From NCBI GenBank assembly GCA_001724265.1, contig MEDY01000140.1:1-64000 (forward strand): a DNA stretch of 64,000 nt, in the 5' to 3' direction. This DNA comes from Rhizaria sp. SCN 62-66. Its lineage: Eukaryota. The first letter of the stretch is position 1. Each line of letters starts with the position of its first letter. This document shows, in pieces, positions 11,348 to 23,200 of this stretch. The notes beneath the pieces are model-generated. The model searched no databases. It was not told the origin of the DNA and saw nothing but the letters and a program-made list of their open reading frames with translations. The position numbers and the translations under genes were made by a program.

Positions 11348-11990
11348 GTGGCGTGATGGCTGATAGTTGGGCTGTGTCACTCGCTTACATAAGGCCAAAC
11401 AGTCGGTGTTTGTGCCGACTAATTAGTACTATTGGAATTATAAACAACTACGATGTGTATATAGTGTGTATCATTATAGTATAATACAAACTTAACTTAA
11501 ATACCCCGCATTATGGCGAACTATCGCGTGATATTCAATGGCACCACAAACGGGTCGGTCTGACCTCGGTGCTGGCTGGCGGCGGTGGCGAGGTGCGCGA
11601 AGCCGAGACCGTGTTTTGCGAACCAAGAATTCGACATGTTAGCATCATGAGATTGTGCTTTCTGTAGATTTCATGGATACTATTGAGACTCTAGTATACT
11701 ATATTTAATTGGCATTTTTAAAACATCTCACCTTGATCTTCTCCGACCGTACCCGCACTCGCCTTCTTCCGCTCGCAAACCCAGTCCTTCCACTGCTTCG
11801 CAGTCTCATCTGACTCGCCCACACCCAACTCTTTCCCAGGCGTCCGGTCTCTCTCGCGCGTCCGCGCTCTTTTACTCCCCGCGCGTCTTCTTCACGCGCC
11901 AGCCAGAGCCCCGCCTCGTTCCCGGCGCTCGCAAACTCTAGCGCCTCGGCAGCTGAGCACCGCAACTCCTCACACACACTAAGACAACAG

Positions 11991-12806
11991 ATGTTCATTC
12001 TGCTGAAGCTCGAGGACACGGTTCGCGTGCCCCCGACCGAGCTCACCCTGCTCGAGAAGGACCTGATGGCGTGCCTGCGCAGCGAGATCCATGCCAAGTA
12101 CGCCAACAAGATCATCTCTGACCAGGGCCTTGTGATCGGCGTCCACTCCATTCTCTCCCATAACGCACCGCAAATCTACCCCGGCGACGGCGGCGCCTAC
12201 GTCCGCGTCCGCTTCCGCGTCATCGTCTTCCAGCCCTTTGAGTCGGAGATCCTTGTCGGCACCATTAAGCACGTCTCCGCGCTCGGCCTGTTCGTCTCGG
12301 TTGGTTTCTTCGACTGGATCGTCATCTCCCCCGAGAACATGCCTTCCCCCTCTCGCTGGGTCCCCGAAGAGCGCGCCTGGGTCTGGGAGTTCGGCGATCA
12401 GACATTCTATCTCGAGGTTGGTGAGCCCATCCGCCTCAAGGTCCTCTCCACCGTATTCCTGCCTTTCAACCAGAAGAGTATCGAGCTCGCCTCTGCGTCG
12501 GACCCCGTCAAGCACTACGCCAACGTCCACGGCTACGTGCTGACCCAGACCGAGGAGGAGGCCGAAGCGACGGCCAGTAACGTCGCCAGCGCCAGCGCGG
12601 CCTTCCGCGCGCAGCAGGACGCCGCGGCCGCCGCCCCGCCCGCCGTCGCGGGCCCCGGCGGCGCTGTGACCGCCGGTGCCATCGCCGCAGTGCAGGGCAA
12701 GTCGGCCGCCGGTGAGGGCGAGGAAGGCAAGACGAGCCACGTGCCGCCCTTCCAGGTCCTCGCGACGATCGCCGACCAGGGCCTTGGTCCCATCTCCTGG
12801 TGGTGA
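11991..12806 (+). CDS. POLR3H: RNA polymerase III subunit RPC25/RPC8 (Rpb7 family)
   Basis: EDTVRVPP, KYANKII, PGDG, F-PF-SEILVG, VSVGFFD, C-terminal GLGPISWW typical of RPC25; ends TGA. Confidence 0.92.
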   Translation: MFILLKLEDTVRVPPTELTLLEKDLMACLRSEIHAKYANKIISDQGLVIGVHSILSHNAPQIYPGDGGAYVRVRFRVIVFQPFESEILVGTIKHVSALGLFVSVGFFDWIVISPENMPSPSRWVPEERAWVWEFGDQTFYLEVGEPIRLKVLSTVFLPFNQKSIELASASDPVKHYANVHGYVLTQTEEEAEATASNVASASAAFRAQQDAAAAAPPAVAGPGGAVTAGAIAAVQGKSAAGEGEEGKTSHVPPFQVLATIADQGLGPISWW

Positions 12807-13985
12807 GCGCGGTGAGGCAGCTCTCCGCGCGCTGTGCCTGCTGCTGATTGTGGGTTGATGGGTGGTGGTGACGGGCCAGAGCCGTCAAATTAGTTTATTT
12901 CGGGGACTTGCACGACTGGCAAGTCCGAATGAGTGGTATAGATAGAATACATTGATACTACAACGACGCTTGTGTGTGGAACTAGATGATAATCGTCTTT
13001 ATGTAACTGTTAACGTGCACATGGACAAGAAAGAAGAGCCGGTGCGCACCACTTGCTCTCTTGAGAGATTCGCTTCGAGAGCGATTGAGTATGTGGTTAC
13101 TTGTTGTCATGTCAAATGTGGTCCGGGAAGACCGTTGAATGACATCAGCGCTGTCGACTAGAGATCATATTATGACTCTTTTTTAGTCTTCTTATTAAAG
13201 TTGAAGACTCGTGAACTGCATTGCACTATAGCCTTCGAGAAGACACCCCTCAAGTCAAGCTCTTGTCGTCAGCGCAAACCCACACCATCGACTATATATC
13301 ACGACATCAACCGCATACCGAGCCACAGATGTGTGCTGATAGCTTATTCACAATTATTATATTTTAAAAAATAGCTCATTTTTGTATTCCACTGCATTTT
13401 TTTCCTGTAGAGCGAACTTTACCTCGCTCGACAGATCCTGCGTCAGCACCGAATCTATCGCAGTTCCGTCCCGTGCACCCTCCCCCGTGCCTGGTTACTG
13501 CGACGACCGACGCGTGCGTCAAGCCAGTTTCTCTTGTTTTTCAACCCTTGTCAGCTCTTTCAGCGCCAGAAGGTTGCGCCAGAGCGAAACATCCGCGCAA
13601 GCAGCAGCCGGATCCTTGGAAGGCAGTAACAACACGTGCAGCTTGCTCGTTACCCACAGCGTCACTCCAACGGCAGCAACAGCAGCAGTAGCAGCAGCAG
13701 TCCGCAGCAGCACTTGTTAGCCTGCGCCCCACGTGTGTGACCATATCTCGCAAGCGCCCCCATTCGCCCTTCAGCACCGACCGCGCAACAACTACCACTC
13801 GCGCTCACACCCGCAGCAACAGCAGCTCCACTGCTGGTTCGCCGAACGTTAACACGAAGACTCGGACGAGCACGCGCAGAGAGAGCGTGACCCCCACGCA
13901 CACCGCCACAACCGCTACACAGCCACACACGCAGCCACGCACTCAGTCCCAGGCGCAGTCCCGCTCACAGTCGCAGGCACAGCTC

Positions 13986-16900
13986 ATGTCAAAGATGCCC
14001 CCCCCGCGCCGTGCCCCAGCGCCCTCCGGGCGCCTCAACAGCAGCACCAGCACCAACAACAGCAATGGTGGCCAAGACCGCGAGGAACAGGATGCGCACA
14101 ACGACAGCGCAGTCGGTCTCGACGACATCAGCTTCACCACCGACGCCCCTCAACAATCGCAGTCCCGCTCACAGTCGCAGGCCCAGGCTCAGACCCAAGC
14201 ACATGCGAGGAGCTCACACTCGCTGGGCGCGGTGCTAGCGACGTCTCTGGTTCCGCCCCACCCGCGCCGCACGCTCCCGCTCTCTGAGCCCACGGCGGAT
14301 CCCCTCTCGGCGCTTCCGGGCACGCGCATCTGGGCGACCGCGAACGACCCCCCGCTCTTTACTACGGACGTCAGCCCCGAAGACCGCGCCGAGCTGATCA
14401 AGCTCGCCCGCACGTGCGCGCCCACCGATGCCTCGGAGCGCGTCGCTCCCGCCGAGGGCCCCGGCGCCGACGCAGACACGGGACTCGTTGCGCGCGCGCT
14501 CTTGGAGGCCGCGGACGCTGCTGTCCCGCAGGCGACGGTCGCGCTCGCATCGCCGCTGCCGCGGTCGGCGGCCGCGCATCCACTCCGCGGCCTCACCGGA
14601 CTCAGCAACCTGGGCAACACGTGCTACCTGAACTCGGTGCTACAGGCGCTGCTGCATACTGTCCCGCTTCTGACCATCTTCTCCCGCACTCTGGTCCCGC
14701 AGCCGCGGGCGACGGCCGGGATGACCCAGTCCGCCGCCAACGCTCTCGCGGCGCGCGGAACCCTCGCCCGCGAGTTCGCGACCCTTGTCCGCGCCGTGTG
14801 GGCCGAGCGCGCCGGCGGGGCGGTGCGGCCCGACGGGTTTGTGCGCGCGCTGTGGGGGGCGTGTTCGTTCTTCCAGGGGTACGAGCAGCACGACGCGCAC
14901 GAGGCGATCCGCGCCATCATCGACGCGCTCCAGGAGGCCACCGCAACTGAGGTGCAGTACTCCCACTGGCAGCATGACACGCGCGCGCCGCTGCCACTCA
15001 AGCTGCGCAGGGACAACCTTGCGACGAACACGGAGGACGCCAGCAGCAACAAGGGGAAGAAAAGCAGCAAAGACAAGAATGGCAAGAAGGACGATGGCGA
15101 CGATGATGATGATGAGAGCGAGGCTGGTAAGAAGAAGAAAAAGACGCCCCCACCGCCTCCGCCGGTTAAATTCCCCCGTTTGTGCCCCATCTCGGAGGTT
15201 TTCGAGGGAGAACTCACCTCGGAGGTCAAGTGCAGTAAGTGTGGCAACGTCAGTGTGACGAACGAGCGGTTTTACGACCTCTCGCTGGAGTTGCCCAGCG
15301 ACAAGCAGCTCAAGAAGGTCTCGCAAGAGCGCGGTACGTCAATTTTTTGTGAACAACATTCTTTTTATAGAATTGGAATTATATTGTATTTGTATGCTGT
15401 ACTCTTTCATTGCAACTCCTCTTATCTCGTTTTGTTAATTTCGTTGGTATTTTTGCGTGTTCATAGGTTCCGACGCGATCGTGGCTCCATCTGGTTCCCA
15501 AGGCATCTTCTCCCGCTTCGCCACCGCGATCGGCCTCAGTTCCGCGCCCCTATCTCTGGAGACGTGCTTACACTCGTTCTGCACCGGCGACCACTTGGAC
15601 CAGCAGGACCGCTACTTGTGCGAGAAATGCGACGAACGCGTTGAAGCGCAGAAGCATATGTCACTGTCGCGGCTGCCGGAAGTGCTCTGCTTGCACTTGA
15701 AGCGTTTTTCGCACTCGGCGGGCATCTTTGGTGGCATGGGCACGCACAAGGTTTCTGCTGCGGTCACATACCCGCTTGATGAGCTCGACATGGCGCCCGT
15801 ACGTCAACAGCTGATGCCACATTACAACACAAATCAATGAACTGTCTTAGGAACATGTGCCTAACTTTCATGGTAGATTCTATGTGTATAGTGTGATTCG
15901 TTGTATTGAAACTATTTTGACAACAAATCACATCATATTTGTGCATATCCAAACTGACCCTGAACTTTTGTGGTTTTTTCTTTCTTCGTTCGACAGTACT
16001 TGCACCACACGCACCCACGCGCGCCCTCGACGGTGCGCCGTCCTCCGGCCAAGGTGACCCTCCCGGACTTGCCGCCTGCGTCCCCTGTGGCGCCGCTCTT
16101 CGCTGGCTGGGACGGCGAGGCCGTCGCGTCAACGGCGTACACACTGACTGCGATGGTGCAACACATGGGGTCCGCGTCGTCCGGCCACTACGTCGCGCGG
16201 TGTCGCCACCCGCTCACGGGCCAGTGGCACCTCTTCGACGATCACCACGTGTCGCGCGCGCTCAACCCCGCCACCGACGTCGCCAACGCCGAAGCGTATA
16301 TCCTGCTCTACACCCGCAAGCCACAGCCTAACTCGGCACTCGCGGCCGCACACGCGCTGCTGCTGCGCCGCGCCGCCGCCGCCGCGCTCGCCGACTCTAA
16401 GGTGCTGCAGCCCAACACACTTGCACAGATCGCTGCCGCCTTCTCGGCCTACTCGCTCCCGGTTACGGACGCGTCCGAACGCGCCTTCGTTCTTCGCATC
16501 GTCGCGCGCGCCGTCGACGCCGCGGCGGCCGCGGGTGGCGCGCGCGCGAGCGACTCGTTCTTCCTCTCGCGCACCTGGGTCACCAAGGCGCTGACGTTTG
16601 CGCGCGTGCCTCCAGTCGACAACCGCGATCTGTGCTGCGTGCACGGCGTGCCGTTGACTCTCCGCGCGTCGTCGCCGGCGACCGCGGCCGCGGCGCGCGC
16701 GCGCCTGCTCCAGGCCTCGCGCCGCGCCGGTGTCCCTTTGACTGCGACTGCTGAGAATGAAAATGCGAGCGCAAGTGCGCGTCGCTTGCCAGTCGCTCCC
16801 GCGGCATGGCACACTGCGGACTTCGCGCAAGACTTCGCGGAGCACGCCGCTGCCGTCGTCGCCGCACTCAAGGCCGCATCCAGCGCCACCGCGGCCGGCC

Positions 16901-18228
16901 GCGCTGAAGCTGGCGCTGGCTCTGGTTCTGGGTCTAGCAGTCAAAGGACGCGCTCGCCGCACCGGGGCGCAGCCGCCGACGCCGCAACCGCTGCATTGGC
17001 CCTCTCCGCGCTGCCGCCGCTGCCGTCGCCGCAAGACCTCGCCAACGACGTTCTCTCTGCACAAAGCCAGCAGCAACAACAGCAGCAGCAGCAGAGTGAT
17101 TTGGAGGCGCGTGCGATCCGCGTTTCTGGCGCAGCCTGGCGTGAGCTTGTCGCGCGCTACGGCGGCGGACCGGAAGTCACCGGCGCGCCCCTGCCCCCCT
17201 TGCCTGGCTCTGGGCCGAGCGCCAGCGCCACCGCAGCCGCCAGTGCAACCGCGAGTTTGACTGCGAATTCCGACAGCGGTGCGATGTGGCTCCGCAACGC
17301 CATTGCCGTGTCGCTGTCGCCGTCGTCTCCTATCTTAGCGCTGCCGCCGTCCAATATCGTCCCTTCGCAGGCACTGCTCGCCGCGTCGCCGCCGCTGGCC
17401 TCGACCACGACGAAGTCCCCTCTGCCCGGCCCGACCCCCAGTCAGAGCTCCCGCAGCAACAGCGGTGGCGGCGCCAGCGCCAGCGCCCGCGCGCCCCCGC
17501 TGCCCGGCGGCTGCGCTCTGCTGACCTTCTCCGGCGCCTGTGCCCGCTGTGCTCTGCCACGCCTCGCAGCGGCTGAAACGTATTTAGTCAAGGTTGTTTC
17601 GCGCCTGATACCGACCGACGACAACGATCCATACATGCTTATTACGCGTGACTGGCTCGTGCGGTGGCGTGCGTTCGTCGGCTCCAACGGCGTCGCGCCG
17701 CGCCCCGGGCCCATTGACAACACGCCGTTGCTGCGCATTTCTCCAGCGAGCAGCGCCACTGGCGAGGGTGACGGTGCTGCGATGACGCTGAGGGCGCGGG
17801 AAGGGCTCGAGATCAACCACGACTACAAGACCCTTGCGCCTGCGTCCTTTTACGCGCTGCTGGGTGTGTACGGCGGCGGACCCGTGATCATGCGTTCCCA
17901 AGGCAACCTCTACGCCGGCGGCGACATCGACGGGCGCTGGTACTCGCTCCACACCGGTCTACCTCTCACCTCTGCTGTTGGGGGGAGTAATCCTTCTGGA
18001 AATCCCTCTAGGGGTAGTAATCCGTACCGCAGTGCGTTGGGAGACGCGAATGACGACCCCGCGGAGGACTACAACGACGGTGACGACAATGACGACGGCG
18101 ATGAGGAGGAAGATGAGGAGCTGAGCGGGGATAAGCCCCAGAGGCTGTGGCGCAGTGCACGCAGACTCGTGCGCGCGATGGAGCAAGACCTTGCCGATGT
18201 CGCCGCGCGCGCCGCGCCGCTGCTTTAA
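13986..18228 (+). CDS. Ubiquitin-specific protease (USP20/USP33-like: USP domain plus two C-terminal DUSP domains); exons 13986-15333, 15467-15798, 15997-18228; start uncertain
   Basis: Cys box GLSNLGNTCYLNSVLQ, QHDAHE, CxxC pairs, LPEVLCLHLKRF, His box GHYVA--W-LFDD, AYILLY; two P-P-DN...YGGGP DUSP-like units; splices keep frame; ends TAA. Confidence 0.88.
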
Positions 18229-18653
18229 GCAGAGCAACTCTGCTATAACAGTCGGCTGAGCACTGTAATCGCTGCATATATGGGCAGAGCAATCACTTGT
18301 GTCACAGCTCATTATGAGATGCGTGTGTTAAGTGACGAGTGTGACAATAATTAACTTTATTTCGTGGAGTTTAGTGGTGACGGTCTAATTATTTGTAATC
18401 TAGTCTCGGGCAGTGTATTCTGATATGTTTTGATGCAGCTACCAATGAAGGGACATGCAGTATTTTATGCGAACAGCCAATAAACACAGTATCTGTTGTT
18501 TTTACGTCTAAATAGCGTTGGATGTATTGATGAATACGGAGCAGTGCAATGACCCGACGACGCACCGAGAAAAAAAGTTATCTGTTGTTACCAGCGCATA
18601 AGTGCGATACATTTTGCCTCAGTGACTCAGTGGCGCCACATGAGCGAGTTTAC

Positions 18654-19678
18654 TCAGCATGAGGGCACGAGGTTGGGCAGGAACATGATTGCGATAAACG
18701 TGATAAATGCGAGCGCAATTGAGAGCCAGCCCCAGATAGGCCAAACCGCGATGATGAAGCTAAAGTAAGAACATAACAAATCAGAGATGTCAGATAGTGT
18801 GAGCATTGATCTCGCGTTAGAAACATGAAGACAGCAGTGAAAACAGTTGCGATCAGACTGATCAGACAGGGCTGATGTGCGTGTCATGTTGTGACGTACA
18901 AGATAAAGCAGAGCGAGCCCGACGCGGTTGCAGTGTAGATCGTGCGCGGCGCAAACCGGTCAAACTCGGCGTCCGGCACACCTGTTTGTTGTTGACGTTG
19001 AGCAACACATTGTGCATGTTTGATGGTGCGTGTAAGCAGAAATAGCAAGATTTAAGCAAGGCATGAGAAAATAAAGTTAGATTCTGGTCAAAAAACGTTA
19101 CAAATAGAGCATGTGCCAGCATAGACTTTCATAAGACAGATGACAAGTTTGAGTGCGAGATATGAGATCAATTGACAACTAAAGGCTAGCATCGACTGGG
19201 CACGTACCCTTCATCTGGGGAGTAATAACAATAGTGAAATAGAGAAAGCACGCGGTGACAATCACTGCGGTAATGCAGCCGAGGTAGAGGAACGACGTAT
19301 TGATGCGCTGATCGTTAAAGAGAACATACGCGATGTTGCCCTTCCACCACATGTATCCGGCGAGCGAGACCCAGAAGAGCGTGTGCGCGAGCGAGCTAAT
19401 CGTCGTGCTCCACGTCACGGGCGCCGTGCCGGCCTCGCGCGCGCGCTGACGCCTAAGATGGGGCCGGACAAGAGAGAGGCAGGCGTTGGTGACGAAGAGT
19501 GAAGACGGTGAGTGAGGTTTGAGCGGGACGATAAGAGGAATAGGACGCTGGAGAACCAAAACATCAAAGTGGGGAGCAAAGGAACGTACTCGCTGTACTC
19601 AAGGTCGCGGGGGAGCACGTCGGGGTGTGGGAGCAGCGGGACTGACTCGCGGGGGGCAGCGCGGGCACGAAGATTCAT
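18654..19678 (-). CDS. Small multi-pass membrane protein, TMEM128-like; exons 19678-19590, 19452-19208, 18981-18900, 18759-18654
   Basis: Three GTACGT...AG introns join in frame; hydrophobic helices and an AVWPIWGWLS motif resembling TMEM128; ends TGA. Confidence 0.72.
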
Positions 19679-20222
19679 GTTTCGCTGCTTGTCAGGAGAG
19701 AGCCGACGGCAAAAGAAGGGTTAAGTTAGGACTATTGATCAATAATCAACGTCAATAGTCACATATGTATAATACTGTATGCAGATATAGTGGAAAATTG
19801 ACATATCTTAATTAGAAAACAGAAAAAGCTTACTAAGGATGATAATTCACTCGTTTATCTGTCTCCACCACAAACGCTTTGGGGCGTTTGCAGGCCGACC
19901 GTGGGCAGCAGTTGACTGAAGAGTGCGCCTGGTTGCAAAACAGATTCGTGGACACAGATAATCTCTTCGTTGTCTGAGCTTCTTCTGCAATTCGTCGCGC
20001 TCTGTAATTTGTCCTGTGGGTAATATCTCTACTTCTAGTATAATATAGCTTTTTTTGATGAGGTTTCCTTCCAGGAAAACTGTGTTCTATGGTCAACAAA
20101 GAGTCACTCACTTATTGTCATTGAACTACACCTTATCCGCCTATTTTACTGCATCCGTGCGCGTTTTTTTGCACCAGCTCACGGTTCGCGCTTTGTAAGC
20201 CGACTCTTCGTTTGAGCTCAAC

Positions 20223-23200
20223 ATGTCTGACGGTCAACGCCGTGGACGTGGCGCCCACTCCCAGGGCGATTCCGCCCCTCGCAGGGGCGGCTCGAGCTCT
20301 CGCAACCGGCGCCGCAACGACACGGACGGCGGCGACAAGGACATCCACGCGACGAGCCACTTCGACCCTTCCGCGCGCGACGGCGGCGACGACGACTTCG
20401 GTCTCGCCGCGCCCGTCTACGACAGCACGGTGCCGCCTTCGTCTTCGGGCATGAACAACCCGCTTCGCAAGGTCATCGTCACCGCCGCCGGCCGCGCCAA
20501 GGCCGCCGGAGGCAAGAAGGGCGACTCGGACGACGAGTCGCTCAACGTCAACGAGCGTGCGCAGCGCCGCCCCATCACTGTGGTTAAGCGCGCGGACCAG
20601 CCCGAGTACCAGCATGGGCTCGAGCTCCAGCAGCAGTACCAGTACCACAACAAGAGCCACCAGCAGCAGCAGCAGCAGCAGCAGCAGTCGCAGCCGCCGC
20701 AGCGCGGTGGCGCCCACAACAACAGCAACAACAAGAACGACCGCGGCAGTAACAGCCGCGGCCGTGGCGAGCGTCTCGACGCTGACGAGCGTGATCATCC
20801 TCACGACCGCAAGCGCCACGAACGCGCCGACCGCGACGAACGCGCCCCCCGCGACCGTGACCGCGACCACAAGCGCGGCGGCGACCGCGGCGGTGACCGC
20901 GGCGCTGGTGGCCGTCCCGGCGTGACGAAGGAGATGCAGGGCGATACACTGACCACCAATCTGCGCTCGCACTTGCGCTACCCTCCTTTCCTCTCCGAGC
21001 ACGACGCCGCCGTGTGGCTCTCCCCTGCGTTCCCCCTGCCGGCGCACCTGCGGCCCGCGGCGTACACGCAGGCCGCCGACGTCAACGCCGCGGCCGCCGC
21101 GGGCAAGACTGCGCCCGCGCAGTCGCAGGCGCAGCTCGGCTGGCTCCAGCGTCAAATCCGCGACGTGTCTCTCGTGCCCACGGTCCCCCCGTCCACGGTC
21201 GCCATTCTTGCCGCCAAGCCCGACAGCCGCAACGACGATAAGAACAGTGGCAAGAAGGACGGCAGCAACGACAGCAAGGTCGTCGCCGTCCCCAAGCCCG
21301 CCATGGTGCCGTCTCAGGACGCGCGCTCTGCGGTTGACGTCGACTCGGCCAACACGCGCAAGGCATGCATGGCCGCGCTTGCGCCTGTATTCCCGCTGCT
21401 TACGGCGCACGTCCCCGACCTGCCCTCCGTTAACGAGGCCGCCAAGGTACGATCGATATGCATCGCGAAATAAGAAAAACATGTGTTTGTGTTCAATGAA
21501 AAACTGAAATATTTTAAAACTCATCCCTTGCGTGTTGTTTTGTTTTTGGTTTATCTTATTTTCTCTTAGGCGCTGGCGGACGTTGGCGACGACGTCAACG
21601 CGGACGGCTCTCTGTCGGCCTCCGAGATCTCCGACATCACCAACTCGCTGCCGATCTTGGCCGAGGCGAACTTTCGCGGCGCCCCTCAGGGCAATGGCAT
21701 CAGCTTCTGCTCCGTACCCGGCCTCCGCAACGACGTCTTGCTCGACTCGGCGCGCGCCCGCAACCGCGCCTTCGGCGGCGACGCTGTGATCGTGGCGTTC
21801 AACGTGGCCGCTTCGTGGAAGTCCAAGCCTCTCCCCGGCACGCAGGCCGCCGAGGCGTTCCTCACGCGCATGGGCGGCGGCGGCGGCGGTCGCGGCGGCC
21901 GTGGTGGCCGCGGCGGTCGTGGCGGCTCCCGCGGCGGCCGCGGCGGCCGCGGCGGCGGTGCTGCCGGCGGCAAGCAGCCGTTTCTTAGCTTCCGCAATAT
22001 GCCGGACTCGCAGCGCGCTGCTTTGACGTCTCCGGCCCTCCGCGAGCTTCTGGCGGCCGAGTACGCGCGCCAGCAGCTGGCGCAGGCCCTCGTCGCCGCG
22101 GGCGTCGCCGTCACGGCCGCCGAGGTTGACGACGCCGCCGCGCAGTACGCCAGCGCCTGCGCATCTCTCGTCGAGGACACCTATCAGTCCGCCTCCGCTG
22201 CGCGCGCGGGCGCCGCCGCCGGTGTGGATGCGCTGTCGCAGTCGCAGCGCCGCGGGCTCTTTGCCGCGCTCTACGGCGCACAGCCCGCGCCCGCGCTCGT
22301 GGCGCTGCCGACGCCCGCCGCAGCCGCGGGGTCCGGACAGGCCACCGCCACGCCCGCCACCGGCCCCGCCGTCTGGGCCATTCAGGTACGACTATTATGA
22401 CGAAACTTGAACGCTTTAATGTCACTCTTTAAAATTTTATTTGGTGTAAATAAGTGTGTAACTCAATTTAATTGATGGCGTAATATCTAACTTTCGCGCC
22501 CCGTTTTTTGCTTTTGCTTCCTAATTACAGGTGACTCTGAACTACCTGCACGCGATGTTCCCCGACCACGAGTTCCGCGCGTCCGCCGAGGTCGTCCGCG
22601 TGCGCAACCACTTCCAGCCCGCCGTGCCCGGTCCAATCTACCCCGCGCCCGTCGCCGCCACTGACGCCGACTCCGCCGCCCCCGAGCTCGGCAACACAGG
22701 CGCGAACGAGAAGACGTCGATCTTCGCCGCGTCGGCTGACTCTGCCCCCGCGCAGTCGAGCACGATGCCGACCATTCCGCCCGCCGCGGCGTCGGCCTAC
22801 GCAACCCGCAGCCGCTACTTCGCGTCTGGTTTCATTGCCGCCGCGTTCGACCTCGACGACGTCAACGCCGCCGTCTCGCCGGGTGCGAACAAGACGGGCG
22901 CGCTGGCGGTGCAGCACGGGACCGCGGCTGACCCGCTGCAGCTCTCAGCTTCGCTGCTCTTCACCCCGCAGGACCCCACGTGCCCGGCGACCAAGATTCC
23001 CGTCACTGTCTCCATCGCCGGCGACGCGCTGTGGACGCGGACCCACGCCGGCGAGACGCTTCCCGTGGTCTCGGCCGCGGTCAAGCACGCCAAGTCGCTT
23101 CACGCGACCGCGCTGGCCCGCGCCACGGTCCTCGCCCGCGCGCGCGCCAACGCCGCCGCGCTGGCACAAGGGCTCGAGCCGCTCGCGGCCGACTCTAAGG

